From: Chrysomallon squamiferum
Taxonomy: Eukaryota > Animalia > Mollusca
DNA length: 64,000 nt
Direction: 5' to 3'
Assembly: GCA_012295275.1 (NCBI GenBank)
Contig: CM022669.1
Location: 18,104,001-18,168,000, forward strand
Below the pieces are notes generated by a model. It saw only the letters and a program-made list of their open reading frames with translations, did not search any database and was not told the DNA's origin. A program made the position numbers and the translations under genes. Positions 40,701-52,736 of this stretch are shown piece after piece (position 1 is the first letter of the stretch; every line of letters begins with the position of its first letter).

Positions 40701-42098
40701 AGAAATCAAAAAAACAAATAAAGTGAATGACAACTCTTGCATAGTTTAAGAAACTGAAAACAAGTTATATTATGCATTTAACAAGACCAATATCACACCA
40801 TCAGACAGTATACACTGATTTAAAAAAAAATTTAAAACTATTCCTAATCACTGAACATTCATGTCAGAAATGAAAAATACTGACTTGGTATACAATAACA
40901 AACAATTAATTAAAAAAAAAAACTTAAAAACTAAACCTCCACCATAGAAATAACTGACTACAAAAAAATTAAAATAAAAACAACAAATGGAGGTAGAAAA
41001 CGTTTAACATTTAGTAAGACCATATGTAAATGTGTTCTAAATTTCTTTATTGTGAATGAAGTATACATTTCATCAATTCCTGCATTTTTCTCTCAAGAAT
41101 ATATTTTATATAACAGAGAAAACAGTACTTGTAAAGATTTTAAAATTTTAATTGTAAATATTTCAACAAAAAAAGCTTCTAGCAACAATATAAGACATCA
41201 CTGATGTCAAGTCACAAAGACTACTTTATAAAGAGTAAAAGATCAAAAATCAAAAATACAGTGAACTAGACTGATATTCCTTCCCCCCTACCAATCCATT
41301 TTATCAAACAAATATTTTTTTATTCTTAAAATTTCTTATCACATGATTTGTGGAATCTTCATTTTTTTTTTTTTTTTTTTTAAGTGCATGAAAACAAAGC
41401 AACACATATTGGTTTTACATATTCATGAACATACTAAAGTTAGGAAGAAAAAAATAATCCATATACATTTTTTTAAAAATACATGTACATTTCCTTGTTA
41501 CTGTTTGTCACTGTGTATAAATATTTCCTTTGGGTATTATTTTAAGCACAAAATAAATATGGCTATATTTCTTGTATAGAAAATATTAATTATGTATTTT
41601 TAAAAGTGACAGTAATTTCGTCCATGAACTTATAATCAATAAATGGCCACAAAACACATTTCATTCTTTCCATATAACTGAGATGAATATTGTACAGTTT
41701 CAATGTATTTTAACTATATTCAGTAGTTATATTCAGTTCATTTGTTGGAATTATGAAAAGAAAATGAAACATCTTAAAGCTCGTTTTTTCAGTTTTTCAT
41801 TTTTTTAATAAAATCTATTTATCATTACTGCTTTAAAAACCAGAAAACAAAAACAAAAGAAAAACATCATTGCGCAGAAACAAAAAAATTACCATCTTCA
41901 AATACTTCACTATTAAAACAAAATCTTGTAAATAAAAATTTCCAAAATACCAGCAAAACACACTGTAATATAATCAGAGACAAAAATCAGACTAAAATCA
42001 TTCATTTTCCATTGTGCATAAATTTATTTTTTATTATAATCTTTTTAATTAACTGTTAAACGTGACCCTGATATCTGTTGCTGAATAGGAGGATTTAT

Positions 42099-44597
42099 TT
42101 AGGTTTCTTTTGGATATTTCTTGTACAAGTCAAGGATATCCTGAACATCATCTTTTGATCCCATGAATATTGGACTTCTTTCGTGGATGTTTTTCGGTTC
42201 TATGTCCAAGATGCGTCGTTGTTTGTCGTCACAAGCCAGGCCTCCTGCTTGTTCCATGATGAAAGCCATTGGATTACACTCATACAGAAGTCTCAACTGA
42301 AAAAAAAAACAAAAAAACCATTTTGAATGAATGAAACCTTTTTAAATGACAGCTCAACAGATTCTTATTTTTGGAGTTTCATTTGTTAATGTATTTAAAC
42401 GAAAATAATAAAATATAAAATAAAATAAAACCTATAGTGATACTTTGTTCTTATTCATACATGAAGATGGATCTACTACAATAATTTTATTTCAGGCAAA
42501 GCAGCAGACACCACATCATTTGATCATACATGGAGCACTGGTTAGAATGGGAAATAACTATGGCTGCATCACTGTGATCCTCAGAAGAATACATGATCAA
42601 TCAGAATGCAATTTACATGGAACACATTTTAGTTTATTATGGAAAAGTGTGTAAATGGCCAGATCATAATACCATTACTGCAGGGGTAAGAATCTTTCCC
42701 TGTTGCCATTTATTAAACTAAATAGTAATGTACACTTCTAAATCTCACTTTAAGTCCATTAACTAACCTTTCCTTTGGGTGCTTCTGATGTAGCAGGGTA
42801 CATGAAGATTCCACCATACACTAGAGTTCTATGGACATCTGCTACCATGGACCCAATGTATCTTGCACCATATGGCTTTCCAGACTAAATAAACAAATAA
42901 ATATGATAAAATTAATATCATCCCATGCACATAAAACTAAGTTAAACTCTGCTGATGTCATTTAAATGATATTCAGTCAGTTTATTAAAGTGCAGACTAA
43001 ATATTAGTGTACTTACAAATTAATGTTTTGTTTCTTGAGATTTTTTTTTATAAGTGTAATAAGGTATGACAGTAATATCTAAAGCAATAAAACGTGCAAT
43101 AAAAAAAAAAAAAAAAAAAAAACCTTGATTATCCTCAATATATTAGATTTTTCTGTTTTCATGTATCTTGATAAAAAAAAAAAAGGAAAAACCTCTGCAT
43201 TATCCCAGCCTTTGAGGATATTCAAAAACTTGTTATTTATTGTCATGTATAATTTTTTTTTTAAAAAGGTATAAAGAAAACCAACAAATAGAAGTATATA
43301 AATATTTTCTTTTGCCCACAAAACTAATATCAGTTTTTTATGATGATCAGTTCATGCACCTCCATGACTCAGAATAGTTTAATAATTTTTGTTATGAAAT
43401 TTCAAATTTCCATTCTTAATAAATTTTATGAATGATTTTTGTTACCAACAACATATTCTAATTGTTAAATGTGCTGGGGAGTTGTTAAACACACATTTAT
43501 CTTATCTAACACCCTAGACTTGCCTCAGGGAACTTTTTGCTGTGGACAAATTCAGTGACAGCCTTGTCCCAGAATTTCTGGTAACCCTCGTTGATGGAAT
43601 ATATCTTTCCTCGTGGTTTGCATTTTATGTTTTTCTCTGTCAGTAAGAACTCACCAATGGCCTGGAAAAAGAATTAAAAAAAAAAATTAATGATCATTTT
43701 GAAGTAAAAATTTAGTATAAGTAATTTCAAATAAATGTTTTCAAAATAAAACTTAAAGGATAAAAATGATAGAAAATTGGAAATGGTTTGTTAATGAATC
43801 AGTTGGTTTGTCTGTTGAGCTTGTCCAACCATCCATCCATCCATCCATTCTGTCTGTATCAAGCATTTTTGGCTCACTGATGGTTCTTCCATTCATGAAC
43901 ATTAACCAGAGAAACCTGTAGAAAACAATGCACACTCACTGGATCGTACATAAACGAGTTGACACCATTTCCTGTAGACAAAACAACCATGGTGGCGCTG
44001 CCATACAGTGCGTATCCAGCGGCAACCAGCTTGTTACCTGCTTGTAATGCATCACTGGGTTCAAGTGGAGTTGAGGTGGTCTGAAAAATAAAAATTAATA
44101 ATTATTTTAAAAATATATATATGATTATTAAAGTTTTCATAAGCTAACTAGAAAATGTAATGACTTAGTGAATTTAAGACATTTTAAAAAATGGGTTAAC
44201 AGAAAAAACTACTAATATTTTATTGCATACTAACAATAATATTGAAAATATATTTCACATGTAAAATTATATACAATATGTATATAAATCTGTACACACA
44301 CACACACACACACATGCACTAACATGGGCATGCAGAAAGAACATATTTAAACAAATAAAAAAATTAAAAATATTAATATAATAATAACAATAATGAGTAA
44401 CACAGATACAGATGATATTTATCAAAGTAAATTTATATCTTACCTTTCTCCAAATTCCAAATATTGAACCAATAGACACAAGACAGTCAATGTTGGATGA
44501 CCCATCCAAAGGATCAAAGCACACAATATACTTTCCCTGTGGAAAAAATGGAAAATAAAAAAAATGATATAATAAAAATAAAAGCAATAAAAATTAA

Positions 44598-44647
<50 letters not shown>

Positions 44648-45140
44648 TAACAATAAAATCAAAAGACTAAACCAAAACAGTTAAGATGATGGAATGTATT
44701 TGTTCACTTTGTTGTCATTCTTTTTAACTGTCAACTTCACTGCAGGTATTGAATCTGGTCAATAGAATATTCTTCTTTTTCATGTCAACAATACATCCTC
44801 CTTTTTTGTGTACCGATGATTCATACACACAAACAGTTCATGACCCGTAAATTGTTTTGTTCAGTATAAAGTTGATTTTGTGCTCAATGACTTGCAATAT
44901 TTTTCACATTGTTAAACTCATATTAGTATTTCTGATCCTCTGGGAATATCCAGTCAAAGTCCTCTACACCTAATTGTGTGCTGCAACTCAACACACTTTG
45001 CACCTAAACTACAGAAACATGAATGTTTTTTTTTGTTTTATATTACACTTTCAAAACAAAACAAAAAAGATTATTAAAAAGTACACTTTTATGTATCTTT
45101 ATCTGTATATATCTGTATCTATATATATCTATATATATAT

Positions 45141-45200
<60 letters not shown>

Positions 45201-45214
45201 GTTATATCTATATC

Positions 45215-45263
<49 letters not shown>

Positions 45264-47407
45264 ATATATATATAATGAAAAAAATGTATTCTCTTGGTTT
45301 CCATGCTTTTACCAAAATGCATAAAGAACAGTTATTAATAATGAAAATGATTAAATAAATAATTGTAAATAAACTATAAACAAATAAAATTTACTTCAGA
45401 AAGTTATAAAAGTATCTAAAACACAAATAAGTAAATAAATTAAAAAATCAGAAACATAACAAATTTTACCTGTTTGTCTGTTTCGACTTCAATGACAGTT
45501 TCATTTTCCTCAGATACCATTAGACATGTGGTGTAGGATGATTTCAGCATGTTAATGAACAAGTCATTAGAGAGAACATCGAGTTTCTTAACCTGGTCTC
45601 CCGTCACATTCACAGACCCCGCTATACCATAACTGTAAAATAAATAAAAAATTGATAAAATGAAATATATAAGTAAAATAAAATGAAATAAAATGAAATA
45701 AAATAAAATAAATTTCGATAAAATAGAATTAAATAAACAAATAAAATAAAATGAAATAAAATAAAATAAAATATATTTTACAATAAAATATATAAAATAA
45801 AATAAAATAAAATAAAATAAAATAAACATTTAAAAAATAAAATAAAATAAAATAAAATAAAATAAATGATAAAACAGAAAATAATAAAATTTTAAATAAA
45901 ATAAAATAAAATTTAGAAAAATAAAATAAAATAAAATAAATCAAAAAAACAGATAAAAGAAAACTAAAATTGCCTAAATAAAATAAAATAAATAATATTT
46001 AAAAATAATAATTTTAAGACAGTTTGAATGAAAAGTTATGAAACATTGTATTTTACTATACATAAAAAACTACAGCTATCAATGTTTTGGGTTTTTTTTT
46101 TTTCATTGACATTCTCTAACAAAATCAAAAAAAAAAAAAAAAATCCAAAAGAACTATGTTAATAGCATAACAATTAAAATCAGCTGTTTTATACTTAATT
46201 ATCAAAATCAATGGGGTTGTTTTAAAAAAAATTAACATACATCCTTTAAAACAAAATTCAACAAAAAACAACAACAAAAAGAAGATTAATTAGCATAATT
46301 AAAATCACAGGATGCTTAATTATCAAAATTATCAAAACACTGCATGGATTACTCTTGCAGAACAGTTGCAAAGTTTATTTCATATTCAAACTGTGGAGCA
46401 CTGGTTGGAATAAGATATATTATAACTGTACTGAGCCTGTTTCATAATGTTACTGCTTCACCAGGACTTTTATTTCACATCAGATTAATGTTAAGCTAAC
46501 AGTGTTGAAGTGGAAAAATACAATTCCTGATAAAAGATTCTGCGGTTAGGTTTGCTGAGTAAGCAAGATATAATCTTCCTGCCTAATCACCCCCCATACA
46601 CACACACCCATCACCATCTGTTTATGGATGAAAGAATACTGTTTTATAATATATATTAGGAAAAGATGGAACCTTTTATCAACAGAATCACTGTAAAGTT
46701 ACTGATTTATCAAAGTCCTATCTGTGTTTTTCTGTCTATGGGAAGGTCAATGAGTGCAAAACTTGCTGCTAATCAAAAAACGAGAAGCCTTACACATGAC
46801 TACACAGTAAATAGTATTACTGTTGTATACTTTGTTAGATTGGGATTTTGTTGATGAGAGATATTGTATTTTACATTTGAACAAATTAAATAGTGCTTGT
46901 GAGTAATTCTTGAATGCTTATTGGTTTTTAACTTCTGGTGGGGTTTCTGATGTTACCTATTAAAAAACACATCCAGTGGTGACCCTCAAATAACAAATTA
47001 AATGAACTTTCGACCGCTCCCCCTGCATCACAGAGCGTTTGCCCGTCCTTGGTTTGGATAAGTGTTTTGTAAACAAATGGTTAAAGGTTATTTTTCACGT
47101 TTCATGCCAGTGACCTCTGTCTGACCTAAATAGCTACAACGATAACAGATTATATTGCAGACTACATATCTAACGTTCAGAAGTAAACAGCCTGGTTATC
47201 AAACAAGCATTTGATAAAAATGACAATTCAAAATAAAACGTACAGACTGTGAATACCCGCTTTTCTGACAGCTGATGATATAGCCTTGATTGCGGTCAAA
47301 ATCGAGTTGAGCAGCTGCGTAAGGTCGCCAGTCGCCTTCGGGAAGCGCCTCTGCTCTCCCAGCACAAACCGCGTCAGTGTCTGACAGTCAGTATCAACGC
47401 TCGCCAT
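42099..47407 (-). CDS. FBP1: Fructose-1,6-bisphosphatase class I, ~337 aa
   Basis: Exons 47407-47244, 45632-45470, 44536-44444, 44080-43940, 43661-43524, 42884-42768, 42296-42099. Motifs [68 protein letters not shown]. Confidence 0.98.
42885..43523 (-). other. GC-AG intron of FBP
   Basis: Donor GAG|GCAAGT. The phase-0 join KKFPE|SGKPYGARY is required for the protein. Confidence 0.9.
45143..45272. repeat. Compound microsatellite (CT)n / (CTAT)n / (TA)n
   Basis: Directly visible runs. Confidence 0.95.
45640..46000. repeat. Degenerate (AAAAT)n pentanucleotide tract
   Basis: Repeated TAAAA units in FBP intron 1. Confidence 0.9.
46705..46790 (+). mobile_element. Degenerate SINE fragment (Meta-domain-like)
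   Basis: TATCAAAG...CTGTCTATGGGAAGG...CTTGCTGCTAATCAAAAAACGAGAAGCC is the reverse complement of the family at 22427-22535. Confidence 0.55.
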
Positions 47408-47419
47408 TTTGCAAATCCA

Positions 47420-47640
47420 GAAAACGCAGACGACGTTACACACACAACAGCGCTCAAGAACAAACGTGTACACACTATCGGGCACTGCACGGTTTACGGA
47501 CAAGTCACGTGACTTCGTCGAAAGGGGTCAAAACGCCACGCCTTCCCCGTTTCCACTGCCCCAGAAAAAAAAGACGACGACATGTCAAACGTGACATTTT
47601 GGTGCCAAAGTCAGGACACGACCCCACAAGAAGGAGGTGT
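47420..47640 (-). promoter_or_regulatory. CpG-rich FBP promoter with palindromic E-box GTCACGTGAC
   Basis: GC/CpG-rich patch directly upstream of the FBP ATG; GTCACGTGAC at 47504-47513. Confidence 0.6.
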
Positions 47641-49652
47641 AGTGAGAGTGTAATTAATACAAATATTGTACTGCTCTCAAATACATTTATTTGGCAGGAG
47701 AAAAAAAAAAAAAAAAAAATGTTACAACTGCAGCAATATTAATAATCTTATATGGTTATACACGCATAAATCTACATGGATTTAACGTATAGTATTTCAT
47801 ATGTGTGTGTGTTAGTGTATAAATTATAACTTTTTTTATTTTTTTATTCTTGTTGTTGATTGTTTTGTTTTGTTCTATTCATCATATGTAAATTCAGATA
47901 TTAATATTTTAAAAGACAAAAGAAAAATAATGAACACATACATTAATTCAGGGTTTAAATATGATAAACGTCTGTCTGCCATTTATTATTATTATTATTG
48001 TTGTTTTTGTTGTTGTTGTTGTTACTGCTGCTGTTGCTACTGTTGTTATTCCCATATCTTTTGTAGCTTTTTGGTAATATTATTATAATTTATATTACTA
48101 TTACGTGCCTTTCTATCTATAATATTATTTTGAACGCGTCCCACCTAATGTAAACTCTATGGAAAATTCTATTCTTTTCTAGACACATCTTAATTAGGTC
48201 TGTTTGTCAACAATACGGAAAATCACGTTTCACAGAGCAAAGTACATTTTTCAGGGTTACAATGAGCGAACAATAAGGAAGTCTCCATATATTTCAATAT
48301 TAACATTTCTGGGAACTATCCAGTTGATGTTTTTGTTGTTATTTATTTGTTTATTTAGTTTACGATGTGAAAAGGAAATCCAGATCGCAGTTTATAGGCT
48401 GTTCTTATCATTCAGCTGCAAGGGAGTTTTTAATGCGCCAGTTCATAAACAGGAACGCTAATACTAAAAGGGAAATGTAGACCAAAGACAGCAACGAATA
48501 CGGCTGATCAAGTTAATGAAGCTTTCATTCCACTTCTCCGCAACATTTCCACCAGTATTGTTGTTACAATTAAATTCTTTCACGCTCAGAACGTTCATAT
48601 TACTTTTAACATTTTCATTGTCGCAAAATGGTGTTTTTGTTAAACAAAACATTTGTTAAAATTCTCAAGGTGTCTGACGGATTGTAGACCTTTTCCAAAT
48701 AACAATGAGATAAACACACGCACTGTCTACATGATAAACATACATAGGCAATATCTTTGAATATGTATTTATAGAAAGAACTTATCCTTATCCCAGTCCC
48801 AATATTTGTCTATATGCGTAAACACAACTTTGTAAAAATGTTTAGAGCATTTGTCCATAACCGTAGAAGATATAATTGTATTCTACAAGAAAATATATCA
48901 GATGGAAAAGTAATATTTAAATCGAAACCCTTATAGGAAATTTAATTTTATACTCTTCGCACATTCGACGAAGTTTGAACAGTTTTCTTGTTCAACATTA
49001 TTTCCAAAGTCACTTTGCTTGTTCAGACTTAATGAAATGATTTTACCAAATAATAATAAACGTTATTTCTTTAAATTTCAACGTATTTCAAACTTTTGAT
49101 TGCTGTTATACAGGACTGACATAAAATTCGTTCAGAAAAAAGTTTATTAAAAAAAATAAAAAGAAGAAAAAATTTTTAAAAAATTGAAAAGAAAGAAAAA
49201 TTAAAAGAAAATAAGAGCATTTTTTATTTATTTGTTTTTGTTAATTTTAATTTAACAGTTACTGATGCATCATTAAATATGTCTTAGGCGTCTTTCGTTA
49301 ACATTTCTATAAAACAGTTTCTAAAATGATGTTTTGACAAAACGGATTCGAGAAATCGTCAGAATAACGTTGGTCGCTCGATCGGAGTTCAGTCATGCAT
49401 GTTCAGGGTGATTTAAACTATATCATTTCTTAAAGTTTCTAAAATCTGTTCGGACCCTGTTTACTTGTTCAAATTTAGTATTATATCAAATATTTAAAGG
49501 TGTTAGTTTTTTGTGGGTTTTTTTGTTTGTTTTTTTGTTTCGTAAATATGAAGGTAGAATTTTGCTGTACACTAAATTAAGTAAATAGACCTTGAGAAGG
49601 ACCCCCTACATCAGTGAAGTCACATGACATAAAACGTCAGATATGTTAGAAA

Positions 49653-52600
49653 ATGGCTGCTGGGCAAAACTGGGCAGAAGTGCCTAGTGTATTAATCGTT
49701 GAAATTCTGTCTTATCTTTCGTTAAAAGATCGAATCAAAGCTTCTTCTGTATGTAAGAGATGGAGATCATGCCTTTTTCATCCATCATTATGGAAACGCA
49801 TTGTTTTTAAGTTGGACAATCAAGATCGGGAAGGCGCAAAGTTCCTTGCTGAGAAATGTGGACGTTTCATTTCTCATGCAGTTGTCAAATTCAATTCTCA
49901 TAATATATCTGAAGTGAGAGAATGTGGAAGATTGCTGGAGATTTTCTCAAAGAACAAGAATTTACAGTATTTTTCTCTCCAGCCTCTGAGTTGTCATCTT
50001 GAATGTTCAGAGGCAGACTCTGTTCATGTAACTGACAAGTAAGCATATTTTGTTTTTGTTTTGGTCGTGACGTCAGCAGGTCGGCCCGACCTTGGCACAG
50101 TAGCTGCGCAGTTTTGATCTTTTATATTTTTATACGATATTTTATGTTTTAATCTGACTCAATACATTAGAACCTAGGATTTTAAAACTAAGCAAATTAT
50201 AAATGACAACACACACTCACACACACACACATGCGCAAACATACATACATACGTATATATACAGTAATTTATAATATGTATATATATATAGAGAGAGAGA
50301 GATTCTTATTTTTGTTACTTTAGAAAATGAAAATAAAAACAAATACAGTCATGATCATTTAGTGTAAACTTGGATATTAAACACTCCACAATCCACAAAA
50401 ATTAGATAAATTAATTCAAGCAATACTTAGATAAACTGCACGACTGCACTCATTTACTTTTTATTTGTAAATCTAGCTTTCATATCTTGTATCTATTTCA
50501 TGTAAATGAATAGAAAAGTGGTAAGTTATTGTGTAGCTTATATTTAGTTTCTTTTGATATAACTTACAAGAGTAAAATAATTAATAATTATAATTTGAAA
50601 GAAATATAGTAGAATTTTTTCTTCTCGGTGAAGTGGTGTTATTTGCTGTTTCAGGTATCTTGATTTAATAGAAGTTCTGATCAAGCAAAGTCGACAGCTG
50701 AAGCACTTTTCGTTGGGGTGTGTAGAAGATTTGCTGGTACACAGCAGTACCCTGGTTCAGGCCTTGCAGCAGAATCATTCCCGATGGCTGCAGTCACTGC
50801 ACCTGGCCAGCGTCAAAGAAAACTCGAATGCTACGGCATCATCGAGCTGTCGCCGTCATACTTCCGTTCGTTTGAAGCACTGCAACATCTCAGCCTCGAC
50901 TATGACTACCTTTCCAATGAGCTGCTCGACAGTTTCGTAAGCCCAACAAAAGCCAAGTTGAAGACCCTCATCATCCACGTGCATGGCATCGAACAGGAGC
51001 ACGAAGTCATCACCAACGACACATGGCGACGACTGAGAAACCACAGCATATCGTTGCAGGTGACCCTGAACTTCGTCCACTCGTATGACGGCATTTCGGC
51101 CCTTCTCGACATCCTTCAGCCCAGCATGCCGTTGGCCCACTTTCGACAGTTTTTCTGTTCCCAGGTGAACCTGGCAGCCATTACGTTCATGTGGACCCAC
51201 TTCTGTGACAGTCTTCGCAGTGTTCACATAGTGGATGGCTTGGTTGACAACATCCCCTCCATGTATGCTGACGTTAGTCACGAACCAGATCAGTTTGTCA
51301 TGATGGCCTGGAGATGTTCCAGATTAGAGCATTTCACAATTATTGGTATAAAGTTTTAAAAAATTCACATGTTCTTCACATTTTTTTGTATTATTATATA
51401 CTTTTTTGAAGTATTTTGTTAAAATATTTGATGAATGTTTAGTATATATTGTTATTAGTCATTTTGTTTTTTGGAATTTATTATTTATTTTTTATTTTGT
51501 TCTCAAAACATGTTCTATAATTAAAATGTATATTTGTATTAATGAATTATATATAAATATTTTCTTGTAATTATTGCTAAAAAAGTGTTTTCTTTTTCAA
51601 ATTAGTTTATTATTTATTTATTTAAAATTTTTATGGAAATAAGGTTTTGAATTTTGATATAATGCTTTTCTTTAATATACTGTTTGCATGTACTTTACAT
51701 TAAAGAATAGAAATATTTTGACTCTTTTTTTTATTAAGTTTACATGAAATTTAATTTTTTGTACCTAAGACTAAGAGGATTATTATTTTGAAAATTTGAA
51801 AATTAAATTTATTATATTATAAAATTGTAGAAAAACTGTTCTGATAATTAGATTATTATTATTTAAAAGGCTTGTAAACTTGTTGAATTTTCATCGGTGT
51901 CAAATTGTTTAACATCAATTTCAGGCTATGAAGTTGCTGAGGAAAATATTGTTGCTGTAGCTCGTCTCCGTGGTGACACTTTGAAAACATTGGACATTCC
52001 ACGATGCTGCATCTCCACAGTGGAGGAAAATGCCAACAGTGTCTGGGTTTCACTGGGTTCCATCAGCAGTGACTTTCAGAACATGGTAAGATAGACCAAC
52101 CCCATCCCCGAAATTATTTTACGTACGAAAACTTGTTAAACCAGACATGTATGCAGTTTAAAGCAGAGCAATATAAACAGCACAATTCCTGAAATTACCA
52201 TATTTTTATTCAGAGTTTACCTAAGTTTTAATTTTATTGTCCTTGCAGTTATCTACTGAAATGTTTTAGATTTGAATTACATTTATTTATCCTTTTTATT
52301 TTTATTTTTATTTTTTTTTGTAATTTGCTAAAACTGTTTTTCACTGGCAAATATTTTTGAATTGCAGTAGGCCTTGAATTTTTATGGCCAGTCAGAATTA
52401 TTCTCCAGATATTTCAATTTTTTTTATTGTTGAACCTAGGTTCCTTTTCTGTCTCTGTCTGTCTGTCTCTCTCTGTCTCTGTCTGTCTGCCTCTGTCTGT
52501 CTGTTTCTGTCTCTCTGTCTGTCTCTGTCTCTCTCTCTTTTTCTGTGATTCTTTCTCACTATTATAAATCAGAAAACTTAAGATGCCTGTCCAATGTTCA

Positions 52601-52736
52601 GGTATCTCAGAGTCTGAAGAGAGAATGGAGGCCACTAGAGGACTACGAAGTACCACGTGCTGTCTTTGACGACCATGCCGATGCAGAAGAAACTTACATG
52701 ACAACCCTCCTTGCAGATCAAGTGTGTGCTTTCTGA
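49653..52736 (+). CDS. FBXO33: F-box only protein 33 (F-box plus LRR-like region), ~457 aa once the frameshift at ~50822 is corrected
   Basis: Exons 49653-50038, 50655-51345, 51925-52085, 52602-52736. F-box WAEVPSVLIVEILSYLSLKDRIKASSVCKRWRSCLFHPSLW. FBXO33-type motifs FLAEKCGRF, NKNLQYFSL, SRQLKH, ILQPSMPL, MAWRCSRL, GYEVAEENIVAVARLRG. The spliced length of 1373 nt is one base short of a whole number of codons. Confidence 0.85.
52445..52540. repeat. (CTGT/CT)n low-complexity tract
   Basis: Directly visible in the last FBXO33 intron. Confidence 0.85.

Noticed and set aside
47408-47503. 32-aa N-terminal extension of the FBP ORF in the track
   Set aside because: It starts at a non-ATG codon; the ATG at 47407 has good context and gives the normal FBPase length.
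49653-52736. Assignment as circadian FBXL3/FBXL21
   Set aside because: Motifs AWRC, AVARLRG, KCGxF and ILxPSxPL fit FBXO33 better.
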